DNA from: an uncultured Sangeribacter sp.
GTDB taxonomy: Bacteria; Bacteroidota; Bacteroidia; Bacteroidales; Muribaculaceae
Assembly (NCBI GenBank): GCA_964603335.1
Contig: CAZRUR010000004.1
Span: 160 to 64,159 of the forward strand
Length of the DNA stretch: 64,000 bases
Reading direction: 5' to 3'
The translations under genes and the position numbers were made by a program. Of the stretch, positions 8,062 through 16,819 are shown piece by piece. Below the pieces are notes generated by a model. The model did no database searches and had not been told where the DNA came from. It worked only from the letters and a program-made list of their open reading frames with translations. How positions within the stretch are numbered: position 1 is the first letter of the stretch; the number at the start of each line of letters is the position of its first letter.

Positions 8062-10188
8062 TTACTTCTTAGCCTTGGTTGCCTCCTTTGCCTTCTTGCC
8101 TTCCGAAACCTTAGGCTTAGCGTCTGCCTTCGGAGCCTCAGCCTTTTTGACACGACTCTTCGGCAATGGTTTAACTAAGCGAAGCACCTGGGCAGTGCGC
8201 GACGGGATGTAAAGCTTCAGCCACCCCTTACCCGACGGTGAATAGAGCGGATCCGGCTGCGTGAAGTGATGCACCTTGTCGTCGAGAAGGTCATAGCCGC
8301 CAAACTTGTCATCGTCACTGTCAAGCGCCACCTCATATTCCCCTGCTGGAGCAAGGAAACCGTAGTCGGTGAAACTCTGCGTCGGATTCCAGTTGAAGAC
8401 AAAGACGAGGTCTCCACGACGGAACGCCAGCACCTGGTCGTCGTCCTTCTCCCAGAGCTTCTCTACCGGAAGCTTCTGGAAATTATATTTTGAAGACACA
8501 AGCTCTATCATGGCATTGTCAAAGGCGTTGAGGAACTTATACTTAAGGTCCTCACGGTCAACGAGGTCCCACTGGCGGCGAGCATATTTGTAGCTCCAGC
8601 CGTTACCCTCACGCGGGAAGTCGATCCATTCCGGATGACCGAACTCGTTGCCCATGAAGTTGAGGTAGCCACCGTTGATTGTGGCGAGTGTCACAAGACG
8701 AATCATCTTATGGAGCGCCATGCCACGCGCCACCGTCATATCCTGGTCACCAACCATCATATGCCAATACATCTCCTTATCTATCAGGCGGAAGATGATG
8801 GTCTTGTCGCCCACAAGCGCCTGGTCGTGGCTCTCGCAATAAGAGATGGTCTTCTCATCGGCACGGCGGTTGGTGAGCTCCCAGAAGATAGATGTCGGAT
8901 GCCAGTCCTCATCCTTCTTCTCCTTGATCATCTTAATCCAATAGTCAGGGATACCCATTGCCATACGGTAGTCGAAGCCGATGCCACCCTCGTCGAATTT
9001 CACGGCGAGTCCCGGCATACCGCTCATCTCCTCGGCAATGGTGATGGCCTTCGGATTCACCTCATGGATAAGGATGTTGGCGAGGGTGAGATATGTCAGT
9101 GCGTTGGGATCCTGGTTACCGTCGTAATAATCGGCATATGAGCCGAATGCCTTCCCAAGGCCATGGTCGTAATAGAGCATCGAGGTGACACCGTCGAAAC
9201 GGAAACCGTCAAACTTAAACTCCTCAAGCCAGTATTTGCAGTTGGAGAGAAGGAAATGGAGCACAGAATTCTTGCCATAGTCAAAGAGCAGCGAGTCCCA
9301 TGCGGGATGCTCACGACGTCCGTCGCCATAGAAATAGAGGTCGTAGGAACCGTCGAGACGGCCAAGGCCCTCCACCTCATTCTTCACAGCGTGGGAATGT
9401 ACGATATCCATGATTACTGCTATTCCCAGCTTGTGAGCCTCGTCGATAAGACGCTTGAGGGCATCGGGTGTGCCGAAACGTGAACTCGGGGCATAGAAAC
9501 TGCTGACATGATAGCCGAAAGAGCCATAGTAGGGGTGCTCCTGGATAGCCATAATCTGGATGGCGTTATATCCGTCGGCGGCGATGCGCGGAAGGGTCTT
9601 CTCGCGGAACTCGTCATAGGTGCCGACACCCTCCTCCTGCTGCGCCATGCCGATGTGGCACTCATATATAAGGAGTGGCTTCACGTCAGGGATGAATTCC
9701 TTTACCTTAAATTTATATGGATTCTCCGGGGCATAGACCTCGGCAGAGAAGATCTTGGTGTTCTCATCCTGCACCACGCGGGTGGCATAAGCCGGGATAC
9801 GCTCACCCTGACCACCTTCCCATGTGACGAGCATCTTGTAGAGGTCGCCATTATGGAGCGCCTCCTCCGGGAGGGTCAGTTCCCAGGTGCCGTTCTCTAT
9901 GCGCGTAAGCTTATAGGCATCCTCGCATTTCCATTCTGAGAAGATACCTATAAGCCAGATGTTTGTGGCGTTGGGGGCAAATTCACGGAACACCCATCCA
10001 CCCTTCGGCAGATGATGCAGTCCGTAATATTTATAGGCGTTCGCAAAGTCGGAGAGAGATCCGTTGGTGGCAGCCGTAAGCTCATCAAATTTTCTGGTCA
10101 CATCCTCATGGCGACCCTCGATTGCCGGCTCATACGGTTCGAGCCACGGGTCGTCGCGGAATATTTCCAATTTCTTCTTCTTTTCCAT
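8062..10188 (-). CDS. glgB: 1,4-alpha-glucan branching enzyme (GH13)
   Basis: HPYYGSFGYHV, DIVHSHA, DGFRFDGVTSMLY, AEEMSG, ESHDQALVGDKT, FMGNEFGHPEWIDFPR. Confidence 0.93.
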   Translation of the reverse strand: MEKKKKLEIFRDDPWLEPYEPAIEGRHEDVTRKFDELTAATNGSLSDFANAYKYYGLHHLPKGGWVFREFAPNATNIWLIGIFSEWKCEDAYKLTRIENGTWELTLPEEALHNGDLYKMLVTWEGGQGERIPAYATRVVQDENTKIFSAEVYAPENPYKFKVKEFIPDVKPLLIYECHIGMAQQEEGVGTYDEFREKTLPRIAADGYNAIQIMAIQEHPYYGSFGYHVSSFYAPSSRFGTPDALKRLIDEAHKLGIAVIMDIVHSHAVKNEVEGLGRLDGSYDLYFYGDGRREHPAWDSLLFDYGKNSVLHFLLSNCKYWLEEFKFDGFRFDGVTSMLYYDHGLGKAFGSYADYYDGNQDPNALTYLTLANILIHEVNPKAITIAEEMSGMPGLAVKFDEGGIGFDYRMAMGIPDYWIKMIKEKKDEDWHPTSIFWELTNRRADEKTISYCESHDQALVGDKTIIFRLIDKEMYWHMMVGDQDMTVARGMALHKMIRLVTLATINGGYLNFMGNEFGHPEWIDFPREGNGWSYKYARRQWDLVDREDLKYKFLNAFDNAMIELVSSKYNFQKLPVEKLWEKDDDQVLAFRRGDLVFVFNWNPTQSFTDYGFLAPAGEYEVALDSDDDKFGGYDLLDDKVHHFTQPDPLYSPSGKGWLKLYIPSRTAQVLRLVKPLPKSRVKKAEAPKADAKPKVSEGKKAKEATKAKK

Positions 10189-10201
10189 TAGTATTTCTGT
10201 T

Positions 10202-10291
10202 TAAGCCCCCTCATTCCCCCTAAAGGGGTAGGCCTCATAGAAAGGGGTAAGCCCCTCATTCCCCCTAAAGGGGTAGGCCTCATAAAAAGGG
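10202..10291. repeat. Tandem duplication of a ~45-bp palindromic REP-like unit
   Basis: TAAGCCCC(C)TCATTCCCCCTAAAGGGGTAGGCCTCATA(G/A)AAAGGG occurs twice. Confidence 0.85.
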
Positions 10292-10320
10292 AATATTGCT
10301 ATGTTAAAATTTCTACATTA

Positions 10321-10357
10321 TAACTCCTAAACTCCTAAACTCCTAAACTCCTAAACT
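10321..10357. repeat. TAAACTCC 8-bp tandem array
   Basis: About 4.5 units abutting the stop codon of the ATPase-DUF4435 gene. Confidence 0.9.
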
Positions 10358-12062
10358 ATTTAACGTATTTGCGGTGGTTTTTGTTATTTTTCGACTTCGG
10401 ATTCTTGGGCGAGGAGGGTTTTGCGTGGTTCTTGGGTTTTGACGGATTCTGCTTCTGCTCTATTCCCTTGGGCATTTTCTCCTTGGGAGGAACCGGCTCA
10501 TCGACACGGAAACACTTGCGGACAGCCTCGCGGATGGCGGCTGCCTGCGGACTGCTCTCCTTCAGCACCGAAATCACACCGGAGATATAGTCTTCCTTCG
10601 TCTTATAGCCAAGAAGACGAGCCACGCCACAGTCGCCAAGCATCGGCTTATGGTTGAACACCTTCAGGATGGCGGCATAGTCGTGGTGCGCAAGGATTTC
10701 CTGAAACTGCCGGCGCAACTCATTATATTGCTCCCTGGGTTTCAGCAGATTGATGAGACTACGAAGATGTGTCTCCATAGCCGTGATGCAAGAGAACTTA
10801 CCATCGATTCTGCATTCCACCTCACGCTTCACCCTATGGCGCACATGCTGAAGCGCCTGCTCGTCGAAACGGCGCCGGAACTCATCCTCAACCGCCCTCG
10901 ACACCTTCGAGAACACCTTGTGGGGATCCTTGGCGCGACGCATCGCCATCGCCCGCACCACTCCCTCAAGAAGGAAAATGTTCTCCACCTCCGCCACATC
11001 CGGCACCATCACCGACTTGCGGCGCAGATATTCCACCTCCGACTCCGTGCGCCGGTCGCGGTCGACGATTCCACGGCTCTCAAGATGGTGCATGTTGCGA
11101 AGGTCGTTGAATGTGCGCGTCGACTCTATCACCTTGTCGCAGGAGCCAAGTGGCTTCACCGTGCAATCCTCAAACACAAGGGGATAGAGCTTGGCGTCGA
11201 TGCTATGGCGCGCATCTCCTTCGATAAAAAGGATAGGCTTGCGCGTACCTATAAGGTCTACGAAGATATCCTCAGTGAAATTCCCGGGAGTGACAATCTC
11301 ATAGTCCCACGTCTCATTTTCCGCGTCATAGCTCTTCACCCACACGCAAACGTTGTTGGTTCGGGAATTGACAAACTCCACATCTACAGAGTTATAGACA
11401 AATGTGCAGTCGGGGCGCAACTCCTCAATGGAGTTCCAAAGATTGTTGAGCACCGTGGGATGGAGAAACAGCGACGGGGAATCGACAAAAATCACCGCGT
11501 GGGGCATGGCATAGAGCACAGCAGCAGCGTAATAAAGCACCGTCTGCTCACCCTGCGACAGACTCGATGAGGAGATAAGGTCGCCACCGGAGGCAGTCTC
11601 AAACATCATCGTGCCCTTGGCGCGGACTATACGGTTGCCGGGGAAGACCCGCTCCCAAATGGAGGCGAGTTTGTCAAGGCGCGTGCGGCGCAGTTTCAGC
11701 GTGCCGTTGCTGCCGTAATGGTCCTGCTTCATCGACAAAAGGTATTCAAACTCATCGGCGAAAAGCATATAGATGAGTTTGTCGAGCTCACTCACGGCAT
11801 CGGTGCGCATGTATGGAGAGTTCTTGGTAGCCTCGCGATAGAGCATATCGATGCTTCCGAAGCGCATGCACTCCTCGCGCTCCGGGAAGGGGGCACTGAC
11901 TGCCGACAGGCAGTAGGCACGGTCGCCATTTAGAGCCGTCAGTTTCTCCATGAATTTCGTTTTGCCGGCACCGCTGCCACCGATGATGGTGAGCTGTCCG
12001 GCATCTGGCAGAGTGGGTTTTTCGCGGTTGCCTGTAAGGGGTGGGAGTGTGAGTCTGTTCAT
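10356..12062 (-). CDS. ABC/AAA-type ATPase fused to DUF4435 TOPRIM nuclease-like domain
   Basis: Walker A GGSGAGKT, signature LSQGEQ, degenerate Walker B IFVDSP; TOPRIM motifs FIEGD, GIVDRD, AEVEN. Confidence 0.8.
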   Translation of the reverse strand: MNRLTLPPLTGNREKPTLPDAGQLTIIGGSGAGKTKFMEKLTALNGDRAYCLSAVSAPFPEREECMRFGSIDMLYREATKNSPYMRTDAVSELDKLIYMLFADEFEYLLSMKQDHYGSNGTLKLRRTRLDKLASIWERVFPGNRIVRAKGTMMFETASGGDLISSSSLSQGEQTVLYYAAAVLYAMPHAVIFVDSPSLFLHPTVLNNLWNSIEELRPDCTFVYNSVDVEFVNSRTNNVCVWVKSYDAENETWDYEIVTPGNFTEDIFVDLIGTRKPILFIEGDARHSIDAKLYPLVFEDCTVKPLGSCDKVIESTRTFNDLRNMHHLESRGIVDRDRRTESEVEYLRRKSVMVPDVAEVENIFLLEGVVRAMAMRRAKDPHKVFSKVSRAVEDEFRRRFDEQALQHVRHRVKREVECRIDGKFSCITAMETHLRSLINLLKPREQYNELRRQFQEILAHHDYAAILKVFNHKPMLGDCGVARLLGYKTKEDYISGVISVLKESSPQAAAIREAVRKCFRVDEPVPPKEKMPKGIEQKQNPSKPKNHAKPSSPKNPKSKNNKNHRKYVK

Positions 12063-12276
12063 ACCTTAAAAATTAGGTGCAACGTTTGCGTCTTTATTGT
12101 TTTAACGTTTGCGACTCCAAATGTAATAATTTTAAACGGAATTTAAGCAATCTAAACCAAAGAATTTTGCCCAATAGCAAAATAATGACTAATTTTGCGT
12201 CAAAACCATCCTCCCAAAATTTCAAAACCTCAATTCCCCCTTCAGGGGGGTGAGGGGGCTAATACATAATACCACC

Positions 12277-12885
12277 ATGTTTTCTGGAATAGTTGAACAA
12301 GCAATAGAAGTGGTTGGTCTCCGTCATGACGAGGGCAACCTCCACATAACGCTCCGCTGCCCATTTGTCGACGAGCTGAGCATAGACCAAAGCATATCCC
12401 ATAACGGTGTGTGCCTCACAGTTGTGGCGCTCCCCGGCGACGGCACATACACCGTCACAGCCATCAAGGAAACCCTCGACCGCTCGAATCTGGGCGCTCT
12501 GAAAGTGGGCGACCTTGTCAACGTGGAGCGGTCAATGAAGATTGACGGCCGCCTCGACGGACACATCGTGCAGGGACACGTAGACACCACCGCGATTTGC
12601 GAGGGCGTGGAGCCTGCCGACGGCAGCTGGTATTACACCTTTAAATATAACGTTGAACCGGAAATGGCCCAGAAAGGTTATGTCACTGTAGAGAAAGGGT
12701 CGGTGTGCGTAAACGGTGTGAGCCTCACTGTCTGCGACTCTGAGAAAGACTCCTTCCGCGTGGCAATCATCCCCTACACCCACGACAACACCAACTTCTG
12801 CCGCATAGAGAAAGGCACGAAGGTAAACCTGGAGTTTGACATCATCGGGAAATATCTCGCCCGACTCATGGAGTTTAAGTTATGA
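12277..12885 (+). CDS. ribE: Riboflavin synthase
   Basis: MFSGIVE N-terminus (ATG 12277); SISHNGVCLTV; GHIVQGHVD. Confidence 0.95.
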   Translation: MFSGIVEQAIEVVGLRHDEGNLHITLRCPFVDELSIDQSISHNGVCLTVVALPGDGTYTVTAIKETLDRSNLGALKVGDLVNVERSMKIDGRLDGHIVQGHVDTTAICEGVEPADGSWYYTFKYNVEPEMAQKGYVTVEKGSVCVNGVSLTVCDSEKDSFRVAIIPYTHDNTNFCRIEKGTKVNLEFDIIGKYLARLMEFKL

Positions 12886-13577
12886 AGAAGATAATAGTTG
12901 CAATTGACGGATATTCGTCGTCGGGCAAGAGCACGATGGCAAGGGAGTTGGCGAAGCGCATCGTTTATGTCTACGTCGATTCGGGAGCCATGTACCGTGC
13001 CGTGACCCTTTATGCCTTGCGCAACGGGTTGACCAACCCCGACGGCACCGTGAAAGTGAAGGAGCTGATCGCAGCCCTTCCCGACATACATATCAGTTTT
13101 CAGGCAGCCGGAGCCGACGGCGTGCAGCACACCCTTCTCAACGGCGAGGACGTGGAGAAGGAGATCCGCGACATGGCTGTCAGCAGCATGGTGAGTCCGG
13201 TGGCTGTGATTCCGGAAGTGAGGGAGCGCATGGTGGCGCTCCAGCAGGAATATGGCAAGGAGAAAGGTATCGTGATGGATGGCAGGGACATAGGCACCAC
13301 CGTCTTCCCGAATGCCGAGCTAAAGATATTCGTGTGCGCGAGTGCCGAGGAGCGTGCACGCCGCCGACTTCTCGAGCTGCAACAGAAGGGGAAAGATGTC
13401 ACCTTCGATGAGGTACATAAGAACGTGGTGGAACGCGACCGCATCGACACCACCCGCGAGGTGTCGCCACTTCGCAAGGCAGCCGACGCCATCGAGCTCG
13501 ACAACGGCAACATGACCCGCGAGGAGCAGATGGAATGGCTGGTGAAGGAATTTGATGAGGCCGTCAAGATGTCATGA
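12882..13577 (+). CDS. cmk: Cytidylate kinase
   Basis: AIDGYSSSGKST; DSGAMYR; VMDGRDIGT. Confidence 0.95.
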   Translation: MKKIIVAIDGYSSSGKSTMARELAKRIVYVYVDSGAMYRAVTLYALRNGLTNPDGTVKVKELIAALPDIHISFQAAGADGVQHTLLNGEDVEKEIRDMAVSSMVSPVAVIPEVRERMVALQQEYGKEKGIVMDGRDIGTTVFPNAELKIFVCASAEERARRRLLELQQKGKDVTFDEVHKNVVERDRIDTTREVSPLRKAADAIELDNGNMTREEQMEWLVKEFDEAVKMS

Positions 13578-13617
13578 TGACAATATGACAATATGACATC
13601 TTGACATTATGACAAAT
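13578..13617. repeat. TGACA-N3 array, 5 units
   Basis: TGACAATA TGACAATA TGACATCT TGACATTA TGACAAAT, starting at the base after the cmk stop. Confidence 0.9.
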
Positions 13618-13624
13618 TGCATTT

Positions 13625-14509
13625 ATGAAGGTTGAGATTGACAGCAATTCGGGATTCTGCTTCGGGGTGGTAACTGCCATCAAGAAAGCTGAGGAGGAAC
13701 TTAACAATTCAGGACATCTGTATTGTCTGGGCGACATCGTGCACAATGCCGGGGAGGTGGAACGTCTCTGCGGCAAAGGACTCGTCACCATCACCCACGA
13801 AGACCTTGGCAACCTGAAAGATGTGAAGGTGCTTCTCCGCGCCCATGGTGAGCCACCGCAGACCTACCGCACAGCCGCCGATAACAACGTGGAGATTATC
13901 GACGCCACGTGTCCGGTGGTGCTTCAGCTGCAGCGACGCATCAAGAAAGCCTACAACGAGGGATTGGAGGCTGAGAAAAACGGCGGCACAAAACCGCTGA
14001 TTGTAATCTACGGCAAAAACGGACATGCGGAGGTGAACGGACTTGTGGGCCAGACCAACGGAGAGGCGGTTGTAATCCAGGATCTTGACGGAATCAACAC
14101 CCTCGACCTCAGCCGCGATATCCTTCTATACTCACAGACCACCAAGTCGCTCGAGGGTTTCCGCCAGGTAGTGGAGGAGATCAAGAAGCGTAAGACCACC
14201 GGCAAGTTTGAATATTTCGACACCATCTGTCGTCAGGTGGCAAACCGTATGGAGAAGATGCGCGAGTTTGCCAAAAACCATGAGGTGGTGATTTTCGTGA
14301 GCGGTGCCAAGAGTTCCAACGGCAAGGTGCTATATGGCAAATGCTTGGAGGTCAATCCGAATACACATCTCATCTCCGACACATCAGAACTCGACCCCTC
14401 CTGGACTGAGGGTGTGGAGAGCGTAGGAATCTGTGGGGCTACATCCACGCCGCTATGGCTGATGGAGAAAGTGGCTGATAAAATAAGGAATGCCAATGGA
14501 GATAACTGA
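13625..14509 (+). CDS. ispH: 4-hydroxy-3-methylbut-2-enyl diphosphate reductase
   Basis: GFCFGV, IVHN, RAHG, DATCP, DTIC, SSN, GATSTP. Confidence 0.95.
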   Translation: MKVEIDSNSGFCFGVVTAIKKAEEELNNSGHLYCLGDIVHNAGEVERLCGKGLVTITHEDLGNLKDVKVLLRAHGEPPQTYRTAADNNVEIIDATCPVVLQLQRRIKKAYNEGLEAEKNGGTKPLIVIYGKNGHAEVNGLVGQTNGEAVVIQDLDGINTLDLSRDILLYSQTTKSLEGFRQVVEEIKKRKTTGKFEYFDTICRQVANRMEKMREFAKNHEVVIFVSGAKSSNGKVLYGKCLEVNPNTHLISDTSELDPSWTEGVESVGICGATSTPLWLMEKVADKIRNANGDN

Positions 14510-14969
14510 GAATCCGGATTTCTGCGACCCCCGCGATGAATATTTCATGCGCATCGCGCTGCGTGAGGCGGAGGAGGCGGCACATCAGGATGAGGTGCCC
14601 ATAGGGGCTGTCATCACCATTGGCGACCGGATTGTGGCGAAAGGTCACAACCTCACGGAGACACTAAACGATGTCACAGCACATGCAGAGATGATGGCAA
14701 TCACATCTGCTGCGAATGCACTTGGCGGCAAATATCTGCCGCAATGCACGTTATACGTCACAGTGGAGCCCTGCCCCATGTGTGCAGGCGCTCTCGGGTG
14801 GAGCCAGATTGGGAGAATCGTATACGGGGCTTCTGATCCCAAGCGTGGCTTCACCCGTTTCTGCGACGGGCGGCTGACACCACTCCATCCTCGCACCCTC
14901 GTGACGCGCGGCGTGCTTGCCAACGAGGCAGCAGAGATTATGAGCAGTTTCTTCAAGAAGAAGAGGTAA
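14490..14969 (+). CDS. tadA: tRNA adenosine deaminase / nucleoside deaminase
   Basis: EVPIGAV, TAHAE, TVEPCPMC. Confidence 0.85.
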   Translation: MPMEITENPDFCDPRDEYFMRIALREAEEAAHQDEVPIGAVITIGDRIVAKGHNLTETLNDVTAHAEMMAITSAANALGGKYLPQCTLYVTVEPCPMCAGALGWSQIGRIVYGASDPKRGFTRFCDGRLTPLHPRTLVTRGVLANEAAEIMSSFFKKKR

Positions 14970-14979
14970 GAGCCGCAGC

Positions 14980-15019
14980 TGACAAAATGTAATTTCGACA
15001 ATTTGTCATTATGACAAAA
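14980..15019. repeat. TGWCA-N3 array, 5 units (two degenerate)
   Basis: TGACA 14980, TGTAA 14988, CGACA 14996, TGTCA 15004, TGACA 15012. Confidence 0.75.
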
Positions 15020-15039
15020 ATAATATAATTCTGCTGAGA

Positions 15040-15951
15040 ATGAACATAAAGCCATGGATAGAGGCTATGCGGCTGCGGACGCTGCCGGTGAGTGTGGCTG
15101 GAGTTGCCACTGGCACCGGATGCGCCGTTTATCATCACGGATTTTCCGTGGTGCCGATGCTTATATGCCTGGCTTTCGCAATCATAGCGCAGATTGCCTC
15201 CAACTTCGCCAACGAATATTACGACTTCAAGAACGGGCTCGACAAGAAGGGACGCGAGGGTTTCAGGCGTGGTGTGACTGAGGGAGACATCTCCCCCGCA
15301 GCCATGCGCAACGCCACTTTCGCACTTCTCATAGCCGACTCCCTCTTGGGCTGCTCGCTGATTTATTGGGGCGGATGGTGGCTCGTGCCGGTGGGGATTG
15401 CCATCGCGTTCTTCGCATTGGGCTACAGCACCGGGCCCTATCCCCTCTCCCACCATGGGCTCGGTGACATTGCCGTGCTGATATTCTTTGGGTTTGTGCC
15501 GGTGATATTCACGGAATATGTGCAGACCGGAGTGTTTGCCGTCGACACCGTGACATTCTGCTCCGCACTCGGAATCGGGTTGCTGACAACAAACGTATTG
15601 ATAGTTAACAACTACCGTGACTGCGACGACGACCGTGCCGTAGGGAAGCGCACCACAGTCGTAATCTTCGGACGCAAGGCAATGTCGACCGTATTTCTCA
15701 TCAATGGAATAATTGCCTGCATAGTCATGGCAATCGCGACATCATGGTCACCCTCATGGACAGTCGCTGCTTGGGTTACACTTTTCATGAATGTGATGGA
15801 ATTATGGAAAAAACTAACCACCAAAAGCGGATCAGCACTCAATGGAGTGCTGAAACACACATCCATAACAGCACTTCTCGCTGCTGTGTTTCTTGTGGTG
15901 ATTCTCGCAGTGTGGCAACAAGGTGAATATCATTATGGAAGCGGCTTTTAA
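15040..15951 (+). CDS. menA: 1,4-dihydroxy-2-naphthoate octaprenyltransferase
   Basis: MRLRTLPVS, NFANEYYD.KNG.D, NNYRD...D...GKRT. Confidence 0.92.
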   Translation: MNIKPWIEAMRLRTLPVSVAGVATGTGCAVYHHGFSVVPMLICLAFAIIAQIASNFANEYYDFKNGLDKKGREGFRRGVTEGDISPAAMRNATFALLIADSLLGCSLIYWGGWWLVPVGIAIAFFALGYSTGPYPLSHHGLGDIAVLIFFGFVPVIFTEYVQTGVFAVDTVTFCSALGIGLLTTNVLIVNNYRDCDDDRAVGKRTTVVIFGRKAMSTVFLINGIIACIVMAIATSWSPSWTVAAWVTLFMNVMELWKKLTTKSGSALNGVLKHTSITALLAAVFLVVILAVWQQGEYHYGSGF

Positions 15952-16759
15952 AATATCATCTGAAATCAGCTCGCTTGCCGACCCGGAGCAGGCTAAGATT
16001 CTGGAACGTTTCTTTAAGACAGGTCCGGGAGAATATGGCGAGGGTGACCGTTTCCTGGGCGTAAGGGTGCCTCAAGTGAGGGGAATCATCAAGAAGTTTC
16101 ACAAACTCGGCACTCTAACCGACGTGGAACTACTGACAAAATCCACCTATCATGAGGAACGCCTCGCCGGATTCTTTCTCCTTGTGGAGATTTACAATGC
16201 AGCCAAGAAAAAGAAGGACGAAAAAGTTGTGTATGAGATTGTCTACTATTACCACTCCATCATGGAGCGTGGCAACAATTGGGACCTTGTGGACCTCATA
16301 GCTCCCAAGATTCTCGGAGACAGGCTACTCAACAATGGTCAGGATGCAGAGGCAATTCTCACCCAACTCGCTGCAAGCGACAATCTCTGGAAACAGCGCG
16401 TAAGCATCGTGGCGACACTTCCTCTGATAAGGAAAGGGAAGTTTGACATTACCCTTGACCTCGTGATCTATCTCATGCACCACAAACATGACCTAATCCA
16501 CAAGGCTTTGGGATGGATGCTCCGCGAGGTCGGAAAGAAAGACGAACGACTTCTGTTGGCATTCCTCGACCACTATTGCACAAAACTTCCCCGCACTGCC
16601 TTGCGATATGCCATAGAAAAGCTTGAGGAACGCCGCCGCCAACAATATCTCACAATGAAGGAGGAGGCATGCCGCGACACCAACAAACCACGTAAGGAAG
16701 AGAAGCATATCCCTATGTCACACCGCCTAACACTTCCAAAGAAAATCAAAAAATCATAA
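15935..16759 (+). CDS. DNA alkylation repair protein (AlkD-like)
   Basis: RFFKTGPGEYGEGDRFLGVRVP; NNWDLVD; IHKALGWMLRE; RTALRYAIE. Confidence 0.88.
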   Translation: MEAAFKISSEISSLADPEQAKILERFFKTGPGEYGEGDRFLGVRVPQVRGIIKKFHKLGTLTDVELLTKSTYHEERLAGFFLLVEIYNAAKKKKDEKVVYEIVYYYHSIMERGNNWDLVDLIAPKILGDRLLNNGQDAEAILTQLAASDNLWKQRVSIVATLPLIRKGKFDITLDLVIYLMHHKHDLIHKALGWMLREVGKKDERLLLAFLDHYCTKLPRTALRYAIEKLEERRRQQYLTMKEEACRDTNKPRKEEKHIPMSHRLTLPKKIKKS

Positions 16760-16774
16760 TAGAATTTTTCATTT

Positions 16775-16806
16775 TGCCATTATGACATTTTGACAAATTG
16801 ACGAAC
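16775..16806. repeat. TGACA-N3 array, 4 units
   Basis: TGCCATTA TGACATTT TGACAAAT TGACGAAC upstream of dnaB. Confidence 0.75.
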
Positions 16807-16819
16807 TAACCTACAACCA

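Noticed and set aside
10650-11570. 306-aa plus-strand ORF
   Set aside because: Antisense shadow of the ATPase-DUF4435 gene with no recognisable motifs; the same applies to the many shadow ORFs over glgB, dnaB, typA and ribosomal genes
13578-13617. Short arrays as CRISPR-like loci
   Set aside because: Units are 7-10 bp with no unique 25-45-bp spacers, and there are no cas genes
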